Of a stretch of DNA of 64,000 nucleotides, positions 52,701 through 61,612 are shown one piece after another; position 1 is the first letter of the stretch; each line of letters begins with the position of its first letter. The position numbers were made by a program, and so were the translations under genes. The notes under the pieces are model-generated. The model was given only the letters and a program-made list of their open reading frames with translations, was not told the origin of the DNA and did not search any database. The DNA comes from an uncultured cyanobacterium (GTDB lineage: Bacteria > Cyanobacteriota > Cyanobacteriia > Cyanobacteriales > Nostocaceae): positions 2,912,001-2,976,000 of the forward strand of contig OY970166.1 in NCBI GenBank assembly GCA_963706595.1. Direction: 5' to 3'.

Positions 52701-54543
52701 TGATGATGTAGTCTCCCTGCGGGTCAAAAGCGACGGAATAAACCGGTCCTTCATCTTCTCCGATAATTATTTGCCAGTTGCGCTGGGGGTCAGAAATATC
52801 CCACAACCGCACTGTCTTGTCATGACTGCCACTGACAACGGTTTTACTGTCGGGACTAAAGGCGACTGAGTAGACAATATATGTATGACCAGAGAAAGGT
52901 TGACCGATAGCTTGTCCAGTGTTGACATCCCACAACCGCACTGTCTTGTCATCACTGCCACTGACAACAGTTTTGCCGTCGGGACTAAAGGCGACTGAGA
53001 AGACGGTAGATGTATGACCAGAGAAAGGTTGACCGATAGCTTGTCCAGTGTTGACATCCCACAACCGCACTGTCCTGTCATCACTGCCACTGACAACGGT
53101 TTTGCCGTCGAGACTAAAGGCGACTGAGATGACAATATCTGTATGACCAGAGAAAGGTTGACCGATAGCTTGTCCAGTGCTGACATCCCACAACCGCACT
53201 GTCTTGTCCCAACTGCCACTGACAACGGTTTTGCCGTCGGCACTAAAGGCGACTGAGATGACAATATCTGTATGACCAGAGAAAGGTTGACCGATAGCTT
53301 GTCCAGTGCTGACATCCCACAACCGCACTGTCTTGTCCCAACTGCCACTGACAACGGTTTTGCCGTCGGCACTAAAGGCGACTGAGAAGACAGTAGATGT
53401 ATGACCAGAGAAAGGTTGACCAATAGCTTCTCCAGTATTAACATCCCACAACTGCACTGTCTTGTCAGCACTGCCACTGACAACGGTTTTGCCGTCAGGA
53501 CTAAAGGCGACTGAGTGGACAATATCTGTATGACCAGAGAAAGGTTGACTTTTAGCTTGTGCAGTGATGACATCCCACAACCGCACTGTCTTGTCATCAC
53601 TGCCACTGACAACGGTTTTGCCGTCGGCACTAAAGGCTACTGAAGTGACAGAACCAGTATGACCGGAGAAAGGTTGACCTATCGCTTCTCCAGTGATGAC
53701 ATCCCACAACCGCACTGTTTTGTCCGAACTGCTACTGACAACGGTTTTGCCGTCGGGACTAAAGACTACTGACCAAACATACTTTGTATGACCTGTGAAA
53801 GGTTGACCTATCGCTTCTCGTGTATTGACATCCCATAACTGTACTGTGTTGTCCCTGCTGCCACTGACAACCATATTCCCGTCCGGACTAAAGGCTACTG
53901 AGGTGACAGAACCAGTATGACCTGTGAAAGGTTGACCGATAGCTTGTGCAGTGTTGACATCCCACAACCGCACTGTCTTGTCATCACTGCCACTGACAAC
54001 GGTTTTGCCGTCGGAACTAAAGGCGACTGAGTTGACATCATCTGTATGACCAGAAAAAGGTTGACCGATAGCTTGTGCAGTGTTGACATCCCACAACCGC
54101 ACTGTCTTGTCATCACTACCACTGACAACGGTTTTGCCGTCGGGACTAAAGGCGACTGAGTTGACAAATTCTGTATGACCAGAGAAAGGTTGACCGATAG
54201 CTTGTCCAGTGATGACATCCCACAACCGCACTGTGTTGTCTAAACTGGCAATGACAACGGTTTTGCCGTCGGGACTAAAGGCGACTGAGTTCACAGTAGA
54301 TGTATGACCCTGGCAGCTTGACCACTTTTCTCCAGTTAGGAAATCCCAAATTTCGATAGTAGCATCTGCTAAACCCACAGCTATGCGTCTGCGTCCCTGG
54401 GGTGATATGGCTACTGATAATACTGCACTCTGGAACTCGGCAAAGGGTTTTTCGGGTTCTGGGGCTGCTTCTAGGTCAGTTTCAATTTCTGGGATGATAA
54501 ATTCTTGGCTGCTTATTTCTTGTTGACCTTGGGGTGGTTCCAT
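49789..54543 (-). CDS. WD40-repeat / KAP-family P-loop NTPase fusion
   Basis: 12 near-identical plus 2 divergent WD40 repeats; Walker A GSWGSGKS, FNAWSY, TM and coiled-coil insert, Walker B IVLYIDDLDRC, YIEKIIQLPY, TPRTAKRLIN. Confidence 0.9.
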   Translation of the reverse strand: MEPPQGQQEISSQEFIIPEIETDLEAAPEPEKPFAEFQSAVLSVAISPQGRRRIAVGLADATIEIWDFLTGEKWSSCQGHTSTVNSVAFSPDGKTVVIASLDNTVRLWDVITGQAIGQPFSGHTEFVNSVAFSPDGKTVVSGSDDKTVRLWDVNTAQAIGQPFSGHTDDVNSVAFSSDGKTVVSGSDDKTVRLWDVNTAQAIGQPFTGHTGSVTSVAFSPDGNMVVSGSRDNTVQLWDVNTREAIGQPFTGHTKYVWSVVFSPDGKTVVSSSSDKTVRLWDVITGEAIGQPFSGHTGSVTSVAFSADGKTVVSGSDDKTVRLWDVITAQAKSQPFSGHTDIVHSVAFSPDGKTVVSGSADKTVQLWDVNTGEAIGQPFSGHTSTVFSVAFSADGKTVVSGSWDKTVRLWDVSTGQAIGQPFSGHTDIVISVAFSADGKTVVSGSWDKTVRLWDVSTGQAIGQPFSGHTDIVISVAFSLDGKTVVSGSDDRTVRLWDVNTGQAIGQPFSGHTSTVFSVAFSPDGKTVVSGSDDKTVRLWDVNTGQAIGQPFSGHTYIVYSVAFSPDSKTVVSGSHDKTVRLWDISDPQRNWQIIIGEDEGPVYSVAFDPQGDYIISAGLNGIKIWRWEGFNIRRVPQAFRNDQPTGEDSLDVAKELQSLADVLMLRSLEPPLAVAILGSWGSGKSFGMHLIEKQITKIRCQKLTAKQTWGDKGDEAHLSPYVGHVYQIKFNAWSYAKSDLWASLIQTIFDQLDRQLTLEQQLSKVSDLLAGGDVWGVLNQMSDSDRKAILESELSQEVFDNLKDKNADGNALWDILTQVRQEEQEKLKLTEKELQSLEAEVKNEIQDIERKFEKKIADIEDNIDKETEKIERKINQEFENTSIVIVFLTQLKELRKDDFGDSIFKDFLNYYGFENRENLEAQIPIVKELDKLEESNLIDQVEKLIKNKDSTIEDIIQKSGRLKNYVEEQPSKIVGLIEFIKKEPKIIFIFVAATSLPFIFYYVIAYILSNALPLIEQIGSWLKFWLTTVFTIPAIGIGVEISTKIRSFQTKIRRLFKVAKESVEQEKQKLAAEKAQKIKAKIDEKNFKQQKDQVYKEKETVKEELTEKQQEIEKLQAQVERQKQRVGLTAQYTSLVDFVNNRLEEDSYQKMLGLMHQIQDDLADLSEHLSYKSGNTNPEKLKVLKEYFPRGPARIVLYIDDLDRCPPDRVVQVLEAVQLLLNTELFIIVLAIDDRYIGRALEHTYKGVLKRGGTPCGVDYIEKIIQLPYRMRPISKDVTASYLKSLVDVEEDFTPDNSESFAMFQQVTNENTFLEQTTGEDFIPLQELTDESSIVEQFPEQSYQNEIAEIPVDTEEPTEEDFNLPVPTPTKNSVVKGISQPNNRESNLEKNNTKIQHSANTDPLVSFERFTAEEFKWISEACQHVDLTPRTAKRLINICKIIKIIWTPVENDKTWKEEPSPEYKQTLIAFLALAGRYPQEMRKLLEEIYLEFEETDENTLIIEKDIWLERLKNHDKLMDIHNKREWKKFKNDFLKMSPREEFYFETRTFNLVRSFCFVGDIGYDPDDNYNREYRFENGKNDIMSV
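52762..54309 (-). repeat. 129-bp (43 aa) tandem repeat array, 12 units
   Basis: Recurrent ..gacatcccacaaccgcactgtc..actgacaacggttttgccgtc..actaaaggcgactgag..tatgaccagagaaaggttgacc.. Confidence 0.92.
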
Positions 54544-54919
54544 GCCAGTAGTGTTACCAGTTGTGTGTGGGTGTTACTGGTTATACTATGTTGCTATTTG
54601 CTTGTAAATACTTTTATACGTTTATTTACGGTGGCTATCTATAAAATATCCCCGAATTCGCTCGTAGTTGCGCTTTAGCGATAAAGCCCCAACCATGATG
54701 GTTTATTCATGCCGATTTACTTAAATTAAAAATGCGAGAACACAGCCTGCACTGCCAATAAATTATAATTATATTAAGTTGCATAAGTTAAAATTGTCTG
54801 TAATAAATATTGTTTAAAACAACATAATAGACATATCCAAGCAATAATTTAGAGACTTGACATTTCACGTCTCTACAAAGGTTCTGAAAAATGCATATTT
54901 AAATTCGGTCGATGTTTAA

Positions 54920-55025
54920 TATGGCAGTTATCGGTTGAGTGAGATACAAGAACCCCACCCCCAACCCCCTCCCCGCAAGCGAGGAGGGGGCTATAATATA
55001 CCTTATATGATTAGGAAAGGCTATA
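54920..55025. mobile_element. ~106-bp MITE, copy 3 (degenerate ends)
   Basis: Core gagatacaagaaccccacccccaaccccctccccgcaagcgaggagggggcta shared with copies 1 and 2. Confidence 0.75.
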
Positions 55026-55043
55026 ATAGTCAAAGTTAATAGC

Positions 55044-55328
55044 TTAATTAATTCGCCCTGCTAACCAAGGTTGTAAATCAGCCACACTGTTAAAATCTAA
55101 TAGTGCTTCGCTCAAGTCTTCCAGAACATCTAAAGGTAAACCAGAAATAGATGAGCGTATTTCTTCAGAGATTTCTCCAAAGCGTTTAGTCAATTGTCGA
55201 GAAATAATATTAGCCATCACTTCACGAACTTTTTCAAGACGGGCTTCTTCAAGCCCTTCTAAGCGCCCTTCTTCCTTAACTTCTTGGTAAAACCTCGTTT
55301 CCTGGAGCGTGATGTTCGTATTCAGCAT
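55044..55328 (-). CDS. Orphan DUF4351-like C-terminal cassette (RpnS-like)
   Basis: Paralog of 55369-55620; GAAGGT-N7-ATG start; ETRFYQE..EEG..RQLTKRFGE..LEDLSEALLDF..W. Confidence 0.75.
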   Translation of the reverse strand: MLNTNITLQETRFYQEVKEEGRLEGLEEARLEKVREVMANIISRQLTKRFGEISEEIRSSISGLPLDVLEDLSEALLDFNSVADLQPWLAGRIN

Positions 55329-55368
55329 AATCTTTACCTTCATTCGGCTGAGTATTAAAGTTAATAAC

Positions 55369-55671
55369 TTAATTAATTCGCCCTGCTAACCAAGATTCTA
55401 AATCAGCCAAATTGTTAAAATCTAACACTGCTGCGCTTAAGTCTTCCAGAACAGCCACGGGTAAACCAGAAATAGAGGAGCGTATTTCCCCTGAGAGTTC
55501 CCCAAAGCGTTTAGTCAATAGTCCAGAAATGGAATTAGCCATCACTTCACGGACTTCTTCACGTCCTTCTTCCTTAATTTCTCGGTAAACTCTGGTTTCC
55601 TTGAGGGTGATTCCTAACATAGTCTCTACCTCCATTCGACTGAGATTTTCAAACCTATACACCATGATTGT
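55369..55671 (-). CDS. Exon 2 of Rpn-like (DUF2887/DUF4351) gene
   Basis: Resumes after intron end CCCGAC with ACA ATC ATG (TIMVYRFENLSRMEVETML..); in frame with exon 1, giving 283 aa. Confidence 0.85.
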   Translation of the reverse strand, partial: TIMVYRFENLSRMEVETMLGITLKETRVYREIKEEGREEVREVMANSISGLLTKRFGELSGEIRSSISGLPVAVLEDLSAAVLDFNNLADLESWLAGRIN

Positions 55672-58054
55672 GTCGGGTAGGGCGGGGGCATTGCTACCCC
55701 TTTCCCCCCTAAGAACCGGACAAGCAAGTTTCCAAGCATCCGGCTCAAGCAAAGTCACTCCTGTTGGTAATGTACCTTTTGATGGCAATATTGATGTAAC
55801 CAAACTAGGTTTTTAGTTTCGCTTTTTCCACCATGACACCGAGGAATTATATGGTGTAGGTGTAGCGGTTCACCATTAAACAGTGACTCTCCACAGATAG
55901 GACATTTATAGTCTTGTTTTTTGGCTACATTTTGTTGGATGCGGCTGAGTTTTTCGGCAGTTGATTTATCCCTGATTCGTTGTCTTTTTTCCCAGTATTC
56001 CCTTAATTTTGGGTCGTCTGGGGAAGATTTATGTTGAACCAAAGGGTGTCTTTTAATGTTAAACCACCTAAACTTCAGCATATAAGCCCCAGAAGGTTTA
56101 TCTCCAAATACCCATTTGTCGTTAGGTCTATGGAAGTTTAACCTGCCCCAATATTTTTGTTTTTTCCATGCCTTTGATTTTTGAGGATGGGTGCGATTGA
56201 CAAATCTAACTTGTCTACGGAATAAATGGTCATCTAGTTTAGAGAAAGCTTTTGATGACACTACAGTTTTTAGATAATTAGCTTTGCCTCTAATTATGGG
56301 GTTGATGGCGGCAATTAATAATCCAACGTGTTTTCCCTTGTGTTCTAGGAAGACATTTTTGATATCATTTCGGGTTTGTTGCAAGAATTGCTTGCTGGGC
56401 TTGATGAGTAATTTGTATCCGGTTTTTGTATTGCTGACAGGGTAATGTCGGATATTGAAACCCAGAAAATCAAAGCCTTGTGTAAGATGAACTATTTTGG
56501 TTTTTTCCGGTGAGAGTTCTAAACCTCTAGTTGTTAACCAGTTGTTGATTTCATCTTGGGCTTTTTGTGCATCTGTAAGGGTTTGACAAAGAATCACAAA
56601 GTCGTCGGCGTATCTTACCAGTGTTCTGTTACTTTTGATTATTCCTCGGTTATCGTATTTGATTCCCAAGGCATCTTCCATGCCATGTAAGGCAATGTTA
56701 GCTAGTAAAGGGCTGATAATACCGCCTTGCGGTGTTCCAATTTCTTGGTCGTGGAAGACATTATTGTCTATGTATCCCGCCTTTAACCACTGCCAGATTA
56801 ATTTTCTACCTGGGAAATTGCCGATGGTAGTCATTAATTGGTTGTGGTTGATATTGTCAAAACACCCTTTGATATCCGCATCTACTGCCCATTTTTTTGT
56901 GCCATTTGGTCGGGTTGATAGATATATTTTCCCGATAGCATCATGGGGGCTTCTGCCAGAACGGAAACCGTAACTTATTCCTTCAAATTGTGCTTCCCAA
57001 CATGGTTCTAAGGCATTTTTGACGATTGCCTGTAAGCATCTATCCCGAATTGTGGGTATTCCTAGTGGGCGTTTTTTGCCATTGCTTTTGGGTATGTAGA
57101 TTCTTCTGACGGGTAATACTTGCCAGTCTTGGTTTTTGGCGAGGTCGTCCACCAATTTCCCCCTTTGTTGTGGGGTTTTGACTAGTATTTTGTCCACTCC
57201 TGCGGTTTTGTTGCCTTTGTTTTGTTGTGTGGCTTTCCTGATGGATTGCTGCACGTTTGAGTAACTTTTTAGCATCAGCCTTTGGAGATTACGGACTTTT
57301 CGCCAGTTACCTTCACGAGTTGCTTTAAATATGCGTCGTCTGAGATTCCTAACTCTCCGATTGACTTGATACCAGTTGATACTGTGCCAGTCGGAAGTCC
57401 TGTTGGTTACGTTTGCAGTATTTTGCATCTAACTTTTCCCAAATCAGTTCGGTTTCTTAACTTGGTCAATTCTGCTGACTTCACCTGCCAAAGTCTGCAC
57501 CCTTTCGGGTTGGGTATTGCCCTATTCGTCCAGTTATGAACCAATTAGTTTTGTTTCCTGTTCCCTTGCGGGTGACGACATTCGCTTGTTTGGCATCCTC
57601 TCCCCTCTGCGGTTTTCGGCTTTCCTTGCGGTTGGCTTACTCAAGTTTTCGACCTGGGCTTGAGACCTCATAGGGGTTATCCCGTTCCACACTTTTGAGA
57701 TGCGATATCTTTAGGTTTGTGCTATACTCCGGGAGATTTTTTGGTAGCCTAGGTAATTGATCACGGGAATTACCTCTTTGACTATCTCATCATCGGCGAT
57801 AGCCCTATTCTCCGCACTATCCCCAACCATCTTTATCGGAATAGCCTAGATTATCGAAGCCTACACAACAAACCTTGGATTTCTTACCCTAGCCCTTTCT
57901 TATCCAGATGGTTTAGATTCAGTCAGGACATTTCACCCTCTAGCTGTGAGACATCCCCGTTACCAGTGATGCCCCTTCGGGCGGATACTACCTGGCTACT
58001 AGGTAGGAGTCTTTCATGGAGACTCACTCAGAAAGTACGACTTTCGGTTCGCAC
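55672..58054 (-). mobile_element. Group II intron, 2383 nt, full length
   Basis: 5' GTGCG at 58054; domain V GAGCCGGATGCTTGGAAACTTGCTTGTCCGGTTC at ~55714-55747; domain VI ending CTACCCGAC; removal restores the host ORF. Confidence 0.93.
55755..57428 (-). CDS. ltrA: Group II intron reverse transcriptase/maturase with HNH endonuclease
   Basis: RPLGIPTIRDR, ADIKGCFDNI, GTPQGGIISPLLANI, RYADDF, FDFLGF, CPICG..HHIIP..NL..H..CH. Confidence 0.95.
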   Translation of the reverse strand: MQNTANVTNRTSDWHSINWYQVNRRVRNLRRRIFKATREGNWRKVRNLQRLMLKSYSNVQQSIRKATQQNKGNKTAGVDKILVKTPQQRGKLVDDLAKNQDWQVLPVRRIYIPKSNGKKRPLGIPTIRDRCLQAIVKNALEPCWEAQFEGISYGFRSGRSPHDAIGKIYLSTRPNGTKKWAVDADIKGCFDNINHNQLMTTIGNFPGRKLIWQWLKAGYIDNNVFHDQEIGTPQGGIISPLLANIALHGMEDALGIKYDNRGIIKSNRTLVRYADDFVILCQTLTDAQKAQDEINNWLTTRGLELSPEKTKIVHLTQGFDFLGFNIRHYPVSNTKTGYKLLIKPSKQFLQQTRNDIKNVFLEHKGKHVGLLIAAINPIIRGKANYLKTVVSSKAFSKLDDHLFRRQVRFVNRTHPQKSKAWKKQKYWGRLNFHRPNDKWVFGDKPSGAYMLKFRWFNIKRHPLVQHKSSPDDPKLREYWEKRQRIRDKSTAEKLSRIQQNVAKKQDYKCPICGESLFNGEPLHLHHIIPRCHGGKSETKNLVWLHQYCHQKVHYQQE

Positions 58055-58603
58055 GGTGATCATCTCTATTATGACGCTAGTTGATAGAGATGTTGCTTCT
58101 TCATGAGTTCTAGTTAACAAATACCTTGCTTCTTCTAGTCCTTGACTTTCCTCTACTGTAGTCAGTACCATCAGCGCTAACCATAAAGGGAGTTGGCGAA
58201 TATTACCCAATTCATCTAAATATACCCGATGGACTTGGTTACTATTCAACAATGCTCGATGGGGATAAATGCTACTCTGTTCAATTGCACGATTTGGATA
58301 TATAATTACTGCTTGCCAATCACTAAATCTTGCCCGGTTGCGATAGAAATATAGAGAAGATTCCGCAAAAACTCTTTCATAAAGCTGTTCATCCTTTTGG
58401 AATTGCACCTCGCAAAAATATACAACTCCTGCGTCTACATTTTCAGGTGGGAGAAATACCCCATCAATTTCAAATTTAGGTTCTTTGACAGCTACGGAAT
58501 CAAATCGATAAGCATCTGCATTTGTTGGTGGTGTTTCCAGTAGTTGAAATAACAGATTAGGCGATTGTTGGAACAGTTTGTAAAAAATCGAATCTCGACG
58601 CAT
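58055..58603 (-). CDS. Exon 1 of Rpn-like (DUF2887) nuclease gene
   Basis: MRRDSIFYKLFQ, IDGVF..EVQFQKD, VHRVYLDEL; ends ..IIEMIT at the intron boundary (183 codons). Confidence 0.88.
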
Positions 58604-58620
58604 AAAATATATTATTGATG

Positions 58621-59913
58621 TTAATTTGTAGGAAATATTGCTGACTCGCTTTGAGGGTCAAAAAAGTGCAGTTTTTCGGGATTTAATGATAACCATAATT
58701 GCTCACCAACACTTACTAATCTATCTGGTGGGATTCGTACTTGGAGATAATTATCTGTATGACTAACTTGAGATTCTGGTTCTGAAATTCTCACAGATAG
58801 GAAAGAATCATTACCCAGATTTTCTACTAAGTCTACTTTTACGGGTAAATTTTTGGTCGCAGGTACACTCAAAATTAAGTGTTCTGGACGCATACCTAAA
58901 ATAATGGTTTGCTTATCGTATTTTCGCAGTGCTGTTTCCCAAGTTTCTGGGAGGGTGAGACGGAAATTTTCATGGGTAATTAACAACGGTGCATGAAATG
59001 TTACAGGAATAAAATTCATCGGTGGTGAACCAATAAACTCGGCGACAAAGCGGTTAGCAGGGCGGTTGTAAAGTTCTAAGGGACTGGCAACTTGCTGAAT
59101 TTGACCTTGATTCATAATGGCTATGCGATCGCCCATTGTCATCGCTTCGGTTTGGTCGTGGGTAACGTAAATCGTCGTGGTTCCTAGTTGACGTTGCAAT
59201 TTGACAATTTGGGCGCGAGTTTCGGCGCGGAGTTTCGCATCCAAGTTAGAAAGGGGTTCATCCATTAAAAATACTTGAGGATCACGGGCGATCGCTCTTC
59301 CTAATGCTACCCGTTGTCTTTGTCCCCCAGATAGCTGTTTGGGTAAGCGATTCAGCAAGGTTTCCATTTGCAATAATTGCGCCACATTTCTTACTTGCTG
59401 GTCTACTTGTCTTTCTTTGTCTGAAATGTAACGCAGTCCTTTAGGTAACTTTCTGGTGACACCCACCAGCAGATTTTTCGCCCAATCAGGAAGTGAAGAG
59501 TCCTGAGTTTCCCGATGATCTAATTCCCGTCTCCGGAGTCCAAAGGCGATGTTGTCATACACCGTCATGTGAGGATAGAGGGCGTAATTTTGAAACACCA
59601 TTGCAATGTCTCGTTCTTTGGGAGGTAGATCATTGATGAGGCGATCGCCTACAGTAATATTTCCTCCTGTCATGGTTTCTAACCCCGCAATTAACCGCAG
59701 TAGAGTGCTTTTACCACAACCCGAAGGACCGACAAGCACCATAAATTCACCATCAGCAATGGTGAGGTTAATTCGCCGTAAGACAGTAATAATGTCTGCT
59801 TCTGGAGTTGTATCACCTTTGGGGCGATCGCTGGGAGAGGTTGGAGAAGCCACACTTTCCCCTTTGCGTTGGGGAAAACTTTTATAGATATTTTCTAAGA
59901 CAACTTGCGCCAC
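58621..59913 (-). CDS. Sugar ABC transporter ATP-binding protein (MalK-like)
   Basis: GPSGCGKST, VFQNYALYPHM, LSGGQRQR, MDEPLSNLD; GTG start is inferred. Confidence 0.93.
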   Translation of the reverse strand: MAQVVLENIYKSFPQRKGESVASPTSPSDRPKGDTTPEADIITVLRRINLTIADGEFMVLVGPSGCGKSTLLRLIAGLETMTGGNITVGDRLINDLPPKERDIAMVFQNYALYPHMTVYDNIAFGLRRRELDHRETQDSSLPDWAKNLLVGVTRKLPKGLRYISDKERQVDQQVRNVAQLLQMETLLNRLPKQLSGGQRQRVALGRAIARDPQVFLMDEPLSNLDAKLRAETRAQIVKLQRQLGTTTIYVTHDQTEAMTMGDRIAIMNQGQIQQVASPLELYNRPANRFVAEFIGSPPMNFIPVTFHAPLLITHENFRLTLPETWETALRKYDKQTIILGMRPEHLILSVPATKNLPVKVDLVENLGNDSFLSVRISEPESQVSHTDNYLQVRIPPDRLVSVGEQLWLSLNPEKLHFFDPQSESAIFPTN

Positions 59914-60047
59914 GGGTATTTGGGGTAACGGTATGCAATGGATAGCTGATTCCACAAAGCGGAACATTCAGCGCCCATGATATATGTTACCTGTGACTAC
60001 GAAAAGTGAAGTACCCTAGATTTATAGGAATATCAGCAGGTGTTGTC

Positions 60048-61280
60048 ATGACTACCGATGTAACTGAAAATCCTGCCCATGAAATTTTAGACGTAACAAC
60101 TACAGATTGTTGTATTGTCGGTGGGGGACCAGCCGGGGCGGTTTTGGCTCTACTATTAGCACGTCAAGGCGTTTCTGTCAAGCTTTTGGAAGCGCATAAA
60201 GATTTTGACCGGGACTTTCGGGGGGATACAATTCACCCCTCGGTAATGGAAATTATGGAGGAATTGGGGTTAAGCGATCGCCTGCTACAATTACCCCATG
60301 CAAAAATGCACGGCTTGAGAATCCGCACTCCTGAAGATACCGTCACTTTAGCCGATTTTAGCCATCTAAAAACCCGTTACCCCTACATCACCATGATGCC
60401 CCAGGTTAAATTCCTGGAATTCATCACCGAAGAAGCCCAGCAATATCCACATTTTCACTTAGTCATGGGTGCAAATGTGCAGGAATTAATTGCGGAAAAT
60501 GGTGTAATTCAAGGTGTCCGTTATCGGGGAGGCGGCGGTTGGCATGAAGTCAGGGCTGTACTGACAGTAGGTGCAGATGGTCGTCACTCACGCTTAAGAC
60601 AACAAGGTGATTTTGAGTCTATTCAAGCATCGCCACCAATGGATGTCCTCTGGTTCCGTTTACCCCATCAGCCAGAAGACCCAGAGGGAGGCATAGGAAA
60701 CGTTGCTCAAGGTCGGATTGTGGCTATGCTGGATCGTGGTGATGAGTGGCAACTTGCCTATGTAATTCCTAAAGGCGGTTATCAGCAAATTCGCGCTGCT
60801 GGGTTGGAGGAATTGAAAAAATCTGTTGTGGAAGTTGTGCCAAGTTTAGGCACGCGTATAGACCATTTACAAGATTGGTCACAGGTATTCTTTCTCTGTG
60901 TGGAATCCAGTTTCGTTAAACGCTGGTATCGTCCGGGACTGTTACTGATAGGTGATGCGGCTCATATTATGTCTCCAGTGGGGGGAGTGGGCATTAATTA
61001 TGCAATTCAGGATGCTGTCGTGGCTGCTAATATTCTCAGTCAACCTCTGAAAAACAAACACATAGAACTGAGTGATTTAGCCAAAGTCCAACGCCAACGG
61101 GAATTACCTACTCGGATTATTCAAGCATTTCAAAGCTTAATTCAGAAACGAGTCTTAGCCCCGGTTCTCCAATCACAGCAGACTTTTAAGCCTCCGGTTT
61201 GGTTACGGTTGCCTATTTTACGCGACCTTCCGGGGCGGTTGATTGGTTTGGGGATTTTTCCAGTTCATGTCCGAAGTTAA
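60048..61280 (+). CDS. FAD-dependent oxidoreductase/monooxygenase
   Basis: IVGGGPAG, DFRGDT, GADG, IGDAAHIMSPVGGVGINYAIQD. Confidence 0.9.
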   Translation: MTTDVTENPAHEILDVTTTDCCIVGGGPAGAVLALLLARQGVSVKLLEAHKDFDRDFRGDTIHPSVMEIMEELGLSDRLLQLPHAKMHGLRIRTPEDTVTLADFSHLKTRYPYITMMPQVKFLEFITEEAQQYPHFHLVMGANVQELIAENGVIQGVRYRGGGGWHEVRAVLTVGADGRHSRLRQQGDFESIQASPPMDVLWFRLPHQPEDPEGGIGNVAQGRIVAMLDRGDEWQLAYVIPKGGYQQIRAAGLEELKKSVVEVVPSLGTRIDHLQDWSQVFFLCVESSFVKRWYRPGLLLIGDAAHIMSPVGGVGINYAIQDAVVAANILSQPLKNKHIELSDLAKVQRQRELPTRIIQAFQSLIQKRVLAPVLQSQQTFKPPVWLRLPILRDLPGRLIGLGIFPVHVRS

Positions 61281-61612
61281 TCAGAATATGGATTTGTGTC
61301 ACGCATCAGCGAAGCGAAGCACGAAGTGCGTTAGGCGCAAAGGCGCAAAGGTAGGAAGATCAGAAGGTAAGAAGGTATTTTTTCTGCTATCTAATGGTAT
61401 AATTGTACTACTCATGCAGAAATCAATGCTCGTTTTAGTCAGGCGAAGTGGCGAATAGTATTCTAAATACTGTTCAAAGCGATCGCTTGGCTTTTATGCT
61501 AGAAAAGACCCAAGCTGAAAGTGTTGTCAGGAATTTATTCAGGCAAATTACAAATATTTAGCTAATAAAACCCCTATTTCCCACTCAGTATTTTTACAGT
61601 CAGGAGGATTAA

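Noticed and set aside
52767..54218. Alternative-frame ORFs of 287 aa and 107 aa with CGCG repeats
   Set aside because: Shadow frames of the WD40 repeat array
52762..54309. CRISPR array
   Set aside because: 129-bp in-frame coding repeats without unique spacers; no cas genes in the window
55672..55803. N-terminal part of the 144-aa ORF 55369..55803
   Set aside because: Read-through of intron domains IV-VI; the real coding part begins at 55671
55032..57428. Diversity-generating retroelement (RT next to two similar repeats as TR/VR)
   Set aside because: Differences between the two tails are not adenine-specific (e.g. GGA/CGA, TCT/CCT, GAA/CAA, plus indels), and the RT has maturase/HNH domains inside a clear group II intron
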